A DNA stretch of 32,272 bases from a virus (Duplodnaviria > Heunggongvirae > Uroviricota > Caudoviricetes). Location: IMG/VR virus record IMGVR_UViG_2778261667_000010, positions 1 through 32,272 of that record. One strand, given 5' to 3'. The notes beneath the pieces were generated by a model, which worked only from the letters and a program-made list of their open reading frames with translations, made no database searches and was not told where the DNA came from. Each line of letters starts with the position of its first letter. The first letter of the stretch is position 1. Positions 1 to 8,897 of the stretch are shown here, one piece after another. Position numbers and translations under genes: made by a program.

Positions 1-1362
1 ATGTTTAAACCGGAACTCCTTTCCCCGGCGGGAACGCTGAAAAATATGCGTTACGCTTTCGCTTATGGCGCAGATGCTGTTTATGCGGGGCAACCGCGTT
101 ACTCCCTGCGTGTGCGCAACAACGAATTTAACCACGAAAATCTCCAGCTCGGCATCAATGAAGCCCACGCGCTGGGGAAAAAGTTTTATGTCGTGGTCAA
201 CATTGCGCCACACAATGCCAAGCTAAAAACCTTTATCCGTGATCTGAAACCGGTGGTGGAAATGGGGCCGGACGCACTGATTATGTCCGATCCGGGGCTG
301 ATTATGCTGGTGCGTGAACACTTCCCTGAAATGCCGATCCACCTTTCCGTGCAGGCCAACGCCGTAAACTGGGCGACGGTGAAATTCTGGCAGCAAATGG
401 GGTTGACCCGCGTGATCCTCTCCCGCGAGCTGTCGCTGGAAGAGATTGAAGAGATCCGCAATCAGGTTCCGGATATGGAGCTTGAAATCTTCGTTCACGG
501 CGCGCTGTGCATGGCCTACTCCGGCCGCTGCCTGCTCTCTGGCTACATCAACAAACGCGATCCAAACCAGGGCACCTGCACCAACGCCTGCCGTTGGGAG
601 TACAACGTGCAGGAAGGGAAAGAAGATGACGTTGGCAACATCGTACACAAATACGAGCCGATTCCGGTGCAAAACGTCGAGCCGACGCTGGGTATCGGTG
701 CGCCAACCGACAAAGTGTTTATGATCGAAGAAGCCCAGCGCCCGGGCGAGTATATGACCGCGTTTGAAGATGAGCACGGCACTTACATCATGAACTCGAA
801 AGATCTGCGCGCCATCGCCCACGTTGAACGCCTGACCAAAATGGGCGTGCATTCGCTGAAAATCGAAGGCCGCACTAAATCTTTCTACTATTGTGCACGT
901 ACCGCGCAGGTTTATCGTAAAGCTATCGATGACGCCGCTGCGGGCAAACCGTTCGACACCAGCCTGCTGGAAACACTGGAAGGCCTGGCGCATCGTGGTT
1001 ACACCGAAGGTTTCCTGCGTCGTCATACTCACGACGATTACCAGAACTACGAATACGGTTATTCCGTTTCTGACCGCCAGCAGTTTGTTGGAGAGTTTAC
1101 CGGTGAGCGTAAAGGCTCTCTGGCAGCCGTAGCGGTGAAAAATAAATTCTCCGTTGGCGACAGCCTGGAACTGATGACGCCACAGGGCAATATCAACTTT
1201 ACCCTTGAGCACATGGAAAACGCCAAAGGTGAAGCGATGCCGGTCGCGCCTGGCGATGGCTATACCGTGTGGCTCCCGGTTCCGCAGGATCTCGAGCTGA
1301 ATTACGCACTGCTGATGCGTAATTTCTCCGGGGAAACCACGCGTAACCCGCACGGTAAGTGA
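1..1362 (+). CDS. yegQ: U32-family peptidase-like protein YegQ (also called TrhP, tRNA hydroxylation factor); host gene
   Basis: ATG at 1, uninterrupted 453-codon ORF; translation recognised from memory as E. coli YegQ/TrhP; lies upstream of cyaR as in E. coli. Confidence 0.85.
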   Translation: MFKPELLSPAGTLKNMRYAFAYGADAVYAGQPRYSLRVRNNEFNHENLQLGINEAHALGKKFYVVVNIAPHNAKLKTFIRDLKPVVEMGPDALIMSDPGLIMLVREHFPEMPIHLSVQANAVNWATVKFWQQMGLTRVILSRELSLEEIEEIRNQVPDMELEIFVHGALCMAYSGRCLLSGYINKRDPNQGTCTNACRWEYNVQEGKEDDVGNIVHKYEPIPVQNVEPTLGIGAPTDKVFMIEEAQRPGEYMTAFEDEHGTYIMNSKDLRAIAHVERLTKMGVHSLKIEGRTKSFYYCARTAQVYRKAIDDAAAGKPFDTSLLETLEGLAHRGYTEGFLRRHTHDDYQNYEYGYSVSDRQQFVGEFTGERKGSLAAVAVKNKFSVGDSLELMTPQGNINFTLEHMENAKGEAMPVAPGDGYTVWLPVPQDLELNYALLMRNFSGETTRNPHGK

Positions 1363-1396
1363 TTCATTTCGATTATTTTTCCCGGATAGAAAATTC

Positions 1397-1439
1397 TTAG
1401 AAACCGATCACATACGGCTGCATTTATTAAGGTTATTAT
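1397..1439 (+). promoter_or_regulatory. putative cyaR promoter: CRP-like site TTAGA-N6-TCACA (1397-1412) and -10-like TATTAT (1434-1439)
   Basis: Half-site spacing fits a CRP site centred about 42 bp upstream of the CyaR 5' end; cyaR is known to be CRP-activated. Assigned by eye only. Confidence 0.4.
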
Positions 1440-1446
1440 CTGTTTC

Positions 1447-1533
1447 GCTGAAAAACATAACCCATAAAATGCTAGCTGTACCAGGAACCACCTCCTTAGC
1501 CTGTGTAATCTCCCTTACACGGGCTTATTTTTT
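1447..1533 (+). ncRNA. cyaR: CyaR (RyeE) Hfq-binding small RNA
   Basis: Sequence GCTGAAAAACATAACCCATAAAATGCTAGCTGTACCAGGAACCACCTCCTTAGCC... recognised as CyaR; ends in a 10-bp terminator stem (1497-1522) plus U-tract TTATTTTTT. Confidence 0.8.
1507..1533. other. P2 att core (27 bp, AATCTCCCTTACACGGGCTTATTTTTT), prophage-host junction overlapping the CyaR terminator
   Basis: Exact reverse complement of the recalled P2 core AAAAAATAAGCCCGTGTAAGGGAGATT; phage genes begin directly to the right. Confidence 0.7.
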
Positions 1534-1596
1534 ACGCGTAACACAATGAAATAAAAGGATTTATTTCTGGTCACGTCCACACATTGACCACATCGA

Positions 1597-1621
1597 CAAA
1601 AAAGCCCCTCGACTGAGGGGC
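1597..1621 (-). terminator. intrinsic terminator downstream of ogr
   Basis: Stem GCCCCTC/GAGGGGC (1604-1621) with loop GACT; on the minus strand it is followed by a T-run (A-run 1597-1603 on plus). Confidence 0.6.
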
Positions 1622-1634
1622 TTCCTGTTTGTAA

Positions 1635-1853
1635 TTACATCCACATAATTTGCTGCCCTGACGGCAACGGGTGCGGTCTTACGGCGTGGACTTCTCCCGG
1701 CTTCACGATGTATCGCTGTACCGACTCATAAGTGATGAATGTGGCGCTGCAATTCACGTTCTGACACTGGTGATAACGCTCTTTTGTCGTGTCAGTGATA
1801 TAGCGGCTTGTACGCGCATGTGCGGCATGCTGGCATAAAGGACAATGAAACAT
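1635..1853 (-). CDS. ogr: Ogr, zinc-finger late-gene transcription activator (72 aa)
   Basis: MFHCPLCQHAAHARTSRYITDTTKERYHQCQNVNCSATF... with C-x2-C...C-x4-C zinc finger; ATG at 1853. The ORF-track start at 1916 is an upstream extension. Confidence 0.9.
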   Translation of the reverse strand: MFHCPLCQHAAHARTSRYITDTTKERYHQCQNVNCSATFITYESVQRYIVKPGEVHAVRPHPLPSGQQIMWM

Positions 1854-1934
1854 CGCGAGCACCTCTTCCGGTTTTGTTGATGGTGCCATTTTAGTTAATT
1901 TATCCTTATAAAACAAACAGATAAATAAATTACA

Positions 1935-3098
1935 TCACTCATCATCTTCTGTTTCGTACTCCACATCAGAAAGCCTGACCTCAAGCTCTAAGGACGTCGT
2001 GAAGCCGCTATTATTCAGAAAATGTGTCACCTTAGTGATTGTCCAGTCCTGCTCGTCTATGACGCGCTTAAAGCCTGATACTTTAACCGGTGTTTCCGTG
2101 TAAATATCAGCACGACCGGTAGCCAGGCTGATGGAGAACTCCGCAACGCCCCGTTGCAGTTTATCCCACTTCGCCTGAGCGGCACGCATGGCCTGTGCTT
2201 TCGTGGCATAAACCGTGGTCAGGGCAAAAACGTTGTCAGCCTCACCGGCCATGTATTCACCTTCGCGCGCTTCCGGTACTTTTGGCGCTTTCTTCTGCGT
2301 GACCGGTTTCGCTTTGGGGTGCTCCAGTGCGCGCAGGTGTTTCTCTTTCTTTTTGCGTTTCAGTTTTACCATCTGCTTTTGCGGTTTCGGGGCTTTGGTG
2401 TGTAACCACTTTGCCGTTACACCGGTATAGGCTCCACGGTCAGCAATCGCAAAATGATGACGGTCGCCGTCGCTGCGGGTGATGGTGACCTGCGGGATTT
2501 TTTTACCGCTGGCCGTCACCCCCTGCCCCGCTTTGAGAAACAACAGTTTTCCCATTTTTACCGACACCTCACCGCCGTTGCGTTCAGCAAGACGGGTCAG
2601 GAATTTCGCATCAGACTCCTGCGACTGGTCGATGTGCGGGATTTTAATTCCGGCCAGTGGCGGAGCGACACTGGCTTCCAGCCTGTTACGGGAGGCTATC
2701 GCCTCAACAATCGCACCGAGCGTGGTGTCATGCCATGAGCCTTCCCGGCGGGAATTGAGCGTCCCGCGAAAATCTGCACTCCGGGCGCGGATGGTGACCA
2801 CATCCGGTGCGCCCCGGTGTTCAACCTCATCAACGGTAAATTTCCCTTTGCATACCAGGGCAAAACCTTTCCAGCCGATATACACCGTCAGGACAGCGCC
2901 ACGAATCGGCAGCTCGACCTGCCCGTCGGCATCGTTCAGTTCAATATCAAGCTGGTCAGCCTCAAAGCCCCGGTTATCCGTCAGGGTCATGCTCATCAGA
3001 CGGTCGCTGATATTGCCGGTAATATCCCTGCTGTCGAGCATCAGCATGTAATCCGGCGTCAGCGTACTGCCTGCATCAAATGTCAGTGCATCCAGCAT
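1935..3098 (-). CDS. D: tail protein gpD (387 aa)
   Basis: Length and synteny match P2 gpD; ATG at 3098 overlaps the U stop. Confidence 0.9.
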   Translation of the reverse strand: MLDALTFDAGSTLTPDYMLMLDSRDITGNISDRLMSMTLTDNRGFEADQLDIELNDADGQVELPIRGAVLTVYIGWKGFALVCKGKFTVDEVEHRGAPDVVTIRARSADFRGTLNSRREGSWHDTTLGAIVEAIASRNRLEASVAPPLAGIKIPHIDQSQESDAKFLTRLAERNGGEVSVKMGKLLFLKAGQGVTASGKKIPQVTITRSDGDRHHFAIADRGAYTGVTAKWLHTKAPKPQKQMVKLKRKKKEKHLRALEHPKAKPVTQKKAPKVPEAREGEYMAGEADNVFALTTVYATKAQAMRAAQAKWDKLQRGVAEFSISLATGRADIYTETPVKVSGFKRVIDEQDWTITKVTHFLNNSGFTTSLELEVRLSDVEYETEDDE

Positions 3099-3577
3099 TA
3101 TCCCGCCCCCGTCATACCCGTGAATTTAGTCGCCATACTGCCAGCCTTACCGATGAGCGACTCCGCCTGTTTACCGATATCGCCATAAAGCGCGGCCAGT
3201 GATTCATCAACGCGGGTGAGCGACAGCGTAAAATCAATTTTCCGGGGTGTGCCGTCTGCAAAGAAAATACTCCCTGTTTCACTCACCTTGCTGATGACAT
3301 ACATGCCGTAAATCATGCCAGTGCCATCCAGCAACGGCCACGCCCGGCCTTCATCTGCCATCAGCCTGAGCGTGGTCATCGTCAGCTTTCCGCCGGTCAG
3401 TTCGGGATAAAGCACACCGGCAAGCGTCATGTTTTCCTCGCCAACACCGAGAAACTGGTAGGCATCCCGTTTACCGATACGGGAATTTGACGGCCAGCGA
3501 TAATCTGATTCACGCTGCATGGTCTGGTGTGGCAGCGTCTGGCGCATAAAAACAAACATACCTAACGCGAGCATCAT
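3098..3577 (-). CDS. U: tail protein gpU (159 aa)
   Basis: Length and synteny match P2 gpU; ATG confirmed at 3575-3577. Confidence 0.9.
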   Translation of the reverse strand: MMLALGMFVFMRQTLPHQTMQRESDYRWPSNSRIGKRDAYQFLGVGEENMTLAGVLYPELTGGKLTMTTLRLMADEGRAWPLLDGTGMIYGMYVISKVSETGSIFFADGTPRKIDFTLSLTRVDESLAALYGDIGKQAESLIGKAGSMATKFTGMTGAG

Positions 3578-3591
3578 TTTTCGTCACCTCC

Positions 3592-6039
3592 TTAACCGTC
3601 ATGCATCATGCTGGCACGGGCGCGCGCACGTTTGTCCCGCTCGTATTTTTCGAGCGCATCCTGTAACTGGCGGTCGAGCTGTGTCCCCGGCGCAGTACCA
3701 CCCGTCAGGCTGATGTGATATTCGTTTTTACTCTGGTCTACATAAGAGCGGCCAGCCGGTGCCGTGACCGGCTGATAAGCCTGATAACCTGCATAAGAGC
3801 TGGTCGCCGGAATATAACCACCGCTGCCATACGTGGCGGCTTGAGTTCTGGCGGCGGTCTGGTCAAGTGTGTCTGACTCTTTGTTGATGACACCGAGTTT
3901 TTCCAGTACCCAGTCAATACCACTGCGCAGTTTGTTGAACGCATTAAGCGGCAGCATCAGCGCGTCAGCCAGTGCCTGCCCGAACATGACGCCCGTGTCA
4001 CGGCAACGGTTCAGGGTGTCCTGGGTGGCTTTGACCGGGGCAATCAGGTTTTTAAACCACTGCCACGCGGCCTGTAACTTTTCACCCAGCCAGTCAAACA
4101 CCGGCTTAAGTGGCGTGAACAGTTCCCCCACCGGCGCAAATGCCGCTTTCAGCCCTTCCACCACACCGCCAAAAAATGCGCTGACAGGCTCCCAGTATTT
4201 ACGGATAAGTAACGCCCCGGCGACAATGGCGGCCACCACGGCCACTACCGGCCAGCTAATCGCCCCGATGGCCGTCATAACGGCACTGCCAACCGTCGTG
4301 AAGATTGCCCCCATTGCGCCTGCTGCTGCGATAATGGCATTGATGCCAGTGATAACCGGCCAGGCTACAAGACCAATTGCACCGATGATGCCAATCAGCG
4401 CCAGCGCGCCACCGGCAATGATGCCAATGGTTGACGCCAGTGATTTGTTTTTCTGTATCCAGCCGTCGAGTTTTAACACATACTTTGTGGCCGTCTGTGT
4501 GAGCTTACGCAGTGCGCCTTCCTGCTGGTCAAACAGGTCTGTCCCTACCGCCTCATAAGCGGACTGAAACTCCTTAAAGTCACCGCCGAGGTTATCCTGC
4601 ATGATATTTACCAGCTCGGCGGTCTTCCCGTCTGAGGCTTTAAACGCAGCAGTCAGTTTGTCCAGCTTTCCGGTTGAGGCGGCAGTCATCAGCACGGCGG
4701 CGGCTGAGCTGGCCTCCTCCCCGAAAATAGTTTTCATGTATTCAGCCTGCTGGGCAGTACCGAGCCGGTTTTTCTCAAAACTGGCCTGCATTTCTTTCAG
4801 AATGGTAAATATTGGTCGGGTATTCCCCTTACTGTCTGAGGTTTTCACGCCAAGCTCTTTGAGTGCATCCCATGCTTTTCCCGTTGGTGCCTGCAGGCGA
4901 CTTAACACGGCACGGCTTCCCGTCCCCGCCATTGAGCCTGTGATTTTTGCATCATGCAGCGCCCCGACCATTGCGGCGGTTTCTTCAATGCTGACACCGG
5001 CATTTTTTGCCACAGGTGCGGCATAGGTCAGCGCATCGCTCATGCCGTCAAAATCGGCGGCGGTTTTGTTCATCGTCATGGAGAGAACATCCCCGATATG
5101 AGCGACCTTATCGTTTGAAAGCTGAAAGGCGGATTTCATCCCCATCAGCAGGGCGGCGTTTTCTTCCATCGTGCGGCGGTTCGCCAGCGCCATGTTCAGC
5201 GTGACCGGCGTTGCCGCCTGAATGGCATCAACATCCCCACCCGCTTTCGCGATGATTATCTGTGCACCGGCCGCATCATCCGCCGAGGCGGCGGTATTGT
5301 CGCCGAGCTGGCGCGCCTGTTTGCGTAGTGCGGTCATTTCGGCGGAGTCTTTTGCCACTCCGAGCACGGCCTGCAATTCTGAGTTTTTCTGCGCAAACTC
5401 ATAACCGGGCATCAGCAGCTTAACACCGGCCATCGTTCCCGCAGCAGCAATCCCCACACCGGCAGCGCCCACTGAGGCCATATTTCCGGCCAGCTCCTTT
5501 CCTGCCTGATAACGCTGTTTCACTGCGTTAAGTTTTGCCTGTTGCGCACTGACACGCGCCAGCGCGTCACGCTGCCGGTTAAGCTGTGCGGTGGTTTCAC
5601 TGATACGGTTTTTCAGCCCCTGCTCATCATGTGCAAGATTGCGGGTATTAATTCCCACAGCGGCCAGTTCCCGCTGCTGGCGTTTAACGGAATCCGTCAG
5701 GCGGTTATATTTCGCCTGTAAGTCCTCCGCCGCACGCTTTGCGGATTCCAGCACTTTCGCCTGAGCACGGGTCGGACGTTCAGTGTTTTTAAACTGTGTG
5801 GCAAGGGCTTCGGCCTCCTGCCGTGCCTTTTCAAGTGCATGACCAGTCACGGCGAGCTGTGCGCTGGTCTTGCGAAATCCCTCAATACGGGATGCCTGAC
5901 CGTTCAGCTCGCGCAGTGATTTTTGTGTTTCCCGGATATCCCCCGACAGCGACTTGCTCGCTGTGCGGATGGATTTAAACGGGCGGGATGCCTGGTCAAC
6001 AGCCCTGAGCAATACCTGTAATTTTACATTGTTACTCAT
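3592..6039 (-). CDS. T: tail tape measure protein gpT (815 aa)
   Basis: 815 aa, Ala/Gly-rich with hydrophobic central segment; position between E/E' and U. Confidence 0.9.
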   Translation of the reverse strand: MSNNVKLQVLLRAVDQASRPFKSIRTASKSLSGDIRETQKSLRELNGQASRIEGFRKTSAQLAVTGHALEKARQEAEALATQFKNTERPTRAQAKVLESAKRAAEDLQAKYNRLTDSVKRQQRELAAVGINTRNLAHDEQGLKNRISETTAQLNRQRDALARVSAQQAKLNAVKQRYQAGKELAGNMASVGAAGVGIAAAGTMAGVKLLMPGYEFAQKNSELQAVLGVAKDSAEMTALRKQARQLGDNTAASADDAAGAQIIIAKAGGDVDAIQAATPVTLNMALANRRTMEENAALLMGMKSAFQLSNDKVAHIGDVLSMTMNKTAADFDGMSDALTYAAPVAKNAGVSIEETAAMVGALHDAKITGSMAGTGSRAVLSRLQAPTGKAWDALKELGVKTSDSKGNTRPIFTILKEMQASFEKNRLGTAQQAEYMKTIFGEEASSAAAVLMTAASTGKLDKLTAAFKASDGKTAELVNIMQDNLGGDFKEFQSAYEAVGTDLFDQQEGALRKLTQTATKYVLKLDGWIQKNKSLASTIGIIAGGALALIGIIGAIGLVAWPVITGINAIIAAAGAMGAIFTTVGSAVMTAIGAISWPVVAVVAAIVAGALLIRKYWEPVSAFFGGVVEGLKAAFAPVGELFTPLKPVFDWLGEKLQAAWQWFKNLIAPVKATQDTLNRCRDTGVMFGQALADALMLPLNAFNKLRSGIDWVLEKLGVINKESDTLDQTAARTQAATYGSGGYIPATSSYAGYQAYQPVTAPAGRSYVDQSKNEYHISLTGGTAPGTQLDRQLQDALEKYERDKRARARASMMHDG

Positions 6040-6459
6040 TCGTGTTTCCGCTTCGCCGGAGCGCCTTTTCGCGCCATGTGATGAGTTCGGTCAGGCTCAT
6101 GGGATACAGTTCTGATGGCGGCCAGTGAAATATCACTGCCACATCCGCCATCAGGTCATCGACCGAGAGATTTTTCGGGAACGTCACTGCACCGAGTTCG
6201 GCGACAAAAAACCGACCACCTTACCGGCCAGCGCCACAAGGTCAGGCAGTTCCAGCGCGGCAACTTCCTGCTCGGTCAGCATCGGTGCCGTCATGCGCGG
6301 CAGCACCTTAATCAGTGCATCGACTTCGGAGTTCGCGACCGCAGCCAGACTGACACCGCGCAGCGTCCCGGCATTGGGCTTCATCAGCGTGACCTGTTCG
6401 ATGACCTGCTCACCACGCTTGACCGGATTGTCCAGGGTAATCACATTTTCTTTGTTCAT
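6032..6459 (-). CDS. E+E': gpE+E' chaperone made by programmed -1 ribosomal frameshift
   Basis: Slippery T TTT TTG at 6205-6211 (minus strand). Hand translation of the -1 frame from 6205 gives an open extension VAELGAVTFPKNLSVDDLMADVAVIFHWPP...NTNE ending at TAA 6034-6032, overlapping the T start. Confidence 0.8.
6184..6459 (-). CDS. E: tail assembly chaperone gpE (91 aa)
   Basis: 91-aa ORF upstream of T; ends ...GFLSPNSVQ and carries slippery heptamer TTTTTTG near its 3' end. Confidence 0.9.
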   Translation of the reverse strand: MNKENVITLDNPVKRGEQVIEQVTLMKPNAGTLRGVSLAAVANSEVDALIKVLPRMTAPMLTEQEVAALELPDLVALAGKVVGFLSPNSVQ

Positions 6460-6487
6460 GGTTTTCTCACTTCTGAATCAGGGTTAA

Positions 6488-6508
6488 CCGGTCAGCCTGG
6501 CTGACCGG
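6488..6508 (-). other. perfect 9-bp stem-loop (CCGGTCAGC-CTG-GCTGACCGG) in FII-E intergenic region
   Basis: Inverted repeat read directly; no U-tract follows on the transcribed strand, so more likely an mRNA structure than a full terminator. Confidence 0.4.
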
Positions 6509-6515
6509 ATGAAAA

Positions 6516-7034
6516 TCACAGGCCGATATTGCGGCGGTGTTGCTCCAGACGGTCGACACCGTTCACCTTCTCAATCATGTTGATGGTGTCGATTTCGACC
6601 AGCTCCTTACCGTCCATCGTCAGCCGGAAATAGGTGCAGACCACGGAGATTTTCGACTCGGTGTCTTCTCCCTGTTTACCCTCGCCGGTGTCGATTTCTT
6701 TCTGACGTCCACGCATGACCACTTCGACGGCCACCGTTTCGCCGGTATCGTCGCGCTGGTAAGAGCCTGCAAAACGAATCGGCACGGCATCCACACCGGT
6801 TGCGGCGTAAAGCTCCCAGATAACCGAATCCGGGAAGCCCCCGAGCGACCACTCCATTGACAGCGCATCGTCATCAAGGCCGAGGTCTACCGGTGCGCTG
6901 CCGTTCATCCCCGCACCGCGATAGTTTTCGAGCTTACGGGTCAGTTTTGGCAGCGTGACGGACTTTGCAACGCCCTGATAGCTGTAGCCGTTCAGAAAGA
7001 CGTTCATTAACTTGAGTTTGCGCGGCATTGCCAT
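6516..7034 (-). CDS. FII: tail tube protein gpFII (172 aa)
   Basis: Length and synteny match P2 FII; ATG at 7032-7034. Confidence 0.9.
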   Translation of the reverse strand: MAMPRKLKLMNVFLNGYSYQGVAKSVTLPKLTRKLENYRGAGMNGSAPVDLGLDDDALSMEWSLGGFPDSVIWELYAATGVDAVPIRFAGSYQRDDTGETVAVEVVMRGRQKEIDTGEGKQGEDTESKISVVCTYFRLTMDGKELVEIDTINMIEKVNGVDRLEQHRRNIGL

Positions 7035-7046
7035 CGGTCAGGCTCC

Positions 7047-8237
7047 TTAATTGCTGTTAACCGAGGTAACCAGACTTGCCAGGTATCTGGAAGTAATACG
7101 CTGGCGCAGGGTCAGGTTTTCGAGAGGAGGCACCGGGGTATAGTCGTAGTCGATATACAGTTTTCCGGCCTTGAGGGTTTCCGCATCATTGGCTTCTTCA
7201 CTGAACCAGCATGTGCCATCCACGATATAACCGTTGTTTTTCAGTTCGCGGAATTTGGCATTAATGCCATCAATGATGTCACGAATCAGCGTTGCGGTAA
7301 TTGGCTTATCAATAGCCCACATGTGCGCCTCGGCCATCGTGTCGGCCAGTACCTGCGCGGTGCGGGTGTAGCTTTCAAAGAGGAACAGCGGGTCATCCGA
7401 GCAGGTACGGTTACCCCAGAAGCGGAAGCCGTCGCGGCGAATCAGCGTAGTGATGCCTGACTCGTTAAGCAGGTCAGCATCAGTGCCGGACTTCTGCAAA
7501 TCCCAGAATACAGAGGCGCTGATGCCGGTAACACCATTTACCCCGACGTTGGACAGCGTTTTATGCCAGCCCTGCTCCTGGTCGATTTTGGCACGCAGCC
7601 CCAGCGCACGGGCGGTGGCATACGCGGTGGCAGTGGTACTGGTAACCGTATCCCATGCGAGGAAATCCGGCCAGATGACCATCAGCTCACGCTGGCTGAA
7701 ATTCTGACGGTAGGCTTTTGCCTCGGAAATGGTTTTACAGCCCCATGCGCTAATATACCCGAATGCATTCAGTTCCTGGCATACCGATGCCAGTGCGACG
7801 GCAACCTCTTTGGTGTCCAGTCCCGGTACGCCGAGAATGCGTGGTTTAACGCCGGTAACCGACTCAGCCCCCATCAGGGCTTTCAGTCCGGTGTACTGAC
7901 CGTTTTCGTCGGTGGTGCCGATGATATTGGAAACGGTCTGCGCGAGTTTCGTTTCTTCGTCGTCGCCGGTGCCGTCTTCCACGCGCACAACAACAGTCAC
8001 TGGTTTTGACTGGTCGGCGATGGCCTGCAACGATGCCGCCAGCGTGCCTTTTTTACCGGCCTTTGCAATTGCGCTCTGCACATTGGTAATCAGCACCGGT
8101 TTATTGAGGGGGAAGGTTTCCGCATCCGCATCGCTGGCCGTGCAGACCATGCCGACAATGGCGGTGGATACGGTGGAAATGACGCGGGTGCCGTCGTTAA
8201 TCTCCAGCACCTGCACACCGTGATGATAATCACTCAT
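7047..8237 (-). CDS. FI: contractile tail sheath protein gpFI (396 aa)
   Basis: Length and synteny match P2 FI; ATG at 8235-8237. Confidence 0.9.
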   Translation of the reverse strand: MSDYHHGVQVLEINDGTRVISTVSTAIVGMVCTASDADAETFPLNKPVLITNVQSAIAKAGKKGTLAASLQAIADQSKPVTVVVRVEDGTGDDEETKLAQTVSNIIGTTDENGQYTGLKALMGAESVTGVKPRILGVPGLDTKEVAVALASVCQELNAFGYISAWGCKTISEAKAYRQNFSQRELMVIWPDFLAWDTVTSTTATAYATARALGLRAKIDQEQGWHKTLSNVGVNGVTGISASVFWDLQKSGTDADLLNESGITTLIRRDGFRFWGNRTCSDDPLFLFESYTRTAQVLADTMAEAHMWAIDKPITATLIRDIIDGINAKFRELKNNGYIVDGTCWFSEEANDAETLKAGKLYIDYDYTPVPPLENLTLRQRITSRYLASLVTSVNSN

Positions 8238-8330
8238 CCGTTTAACTCCGTGGTTAATGGGTGAGTGGTATTTTCAGTTGTACAGGGCGTGAGACGCTAT
8301 TTGTCCTGACTGGTCAGGGGATGAAACAAC
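8238..8330 (-). promoter_or_regulatory. expected Ogr-dependent late promoter region (PF) upstream of FI
   Basis: Position only: the FI-FII-E-T-U-D operon starts here in P2; contains inverted repeat CTGAC-TG-GTCAG; exact -10 and activator site not resolved. Confidence 0.35.
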
Positions 8331-8361
8331 AGATAAAGAAAAGGCGGGCAATCCGCCCGCC
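8331..8361 (-). terminator. intrinsic terminator downstream of G
   Basis: Stem GGCGGGC/GCCCGCC (8343-8361) with loop AATCC; minus strand reads hairpin then TTTTCTTTAT. Confidence 0.6.
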
Positions 8362-8366
8362 TGTAT

Positions 8367-8897
8367 TTATTGTGGTAGTTCCGGCCATTCAGGATTTGCA
8401 GGATCCACACGACTGACCAGAACGCTGTAGCGTTCCCATGCCTCCAGTCGGCTGCGCTCCTCATCTGTTGCCATATTCAGCCTGACCGCACGCTCCAGCG
8501 GCTGAATCAATGCCTCAGCTTCTGCAAGCAAGGTTGACTTTCGGACTTCGGCTTGCTGCTGCCGTTCTGCATCCGTATATACACGTTTAATTACAGTGTC
8601 ATCTTTGAACATCCAGTTACCTGAAATATCAGCGCGACGGTTGGCGGTTATATTCGGTAACTCAACAACACTCAAGCCATCAGGGTTGAGCATTGACACA
8701 TCTTTCTCAATGCAACGAATAATACCGTTCTCGTCGTAGGCCATTTTTAAAGTGTCTGGCTGGAAATTCTTTTGTTCCTCATACCAGTTTTTACCATCAT
8801 CTGACCATAGCCAGACAATATTAAATCGTTTGGTTAATTCATATTGTTCAATAGTTTTTGGATTCCCTGCCTTAATATTTTTTAAATGCATCATCAT
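8367..8897 (-). CDS. G: tail fibre assembly chaperone gpG (about 175 aa)
   Basis: Conserved C-terminus ...[41 protein letters not shown]; three tandem ATG codons at 8889-8897, so the exact start is uncertain; TAATG overlap with the H stop. Confidence 0.85.
   Translation of the reverse strand: MMMHLKNIKAGNPKTIEQYELTKRFNIVWLWSDDGKNWYEEQKNFQPDTLKMAYDENGIIRCIEKDVSMLNPDGLSVVELPNITANRRADISGNWMFKDDTVIKRVYTDAERQQQAEVRKSTLLAEAEALIQPLERAVRLNMATDEERSRLEAWERYSVLVSRVDPANPEWPELPQ

Noticed and set aside
223-1353. 376-aa ORF on the minus strand across yegQ
   Set aside because: Entirely antisense to the well-supported yegQ ORF, with no recognisable protein features; typical shadow ORF.
3869-5026. Plus-strand ORFs (229 aa, 141 aa and others) inside the tape measure gene T
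   Set aside because: Antisense to T; low-complexity Ala/Ser/Pro-rich translations mirror the Ala/Gly-rich T codons; spurious.
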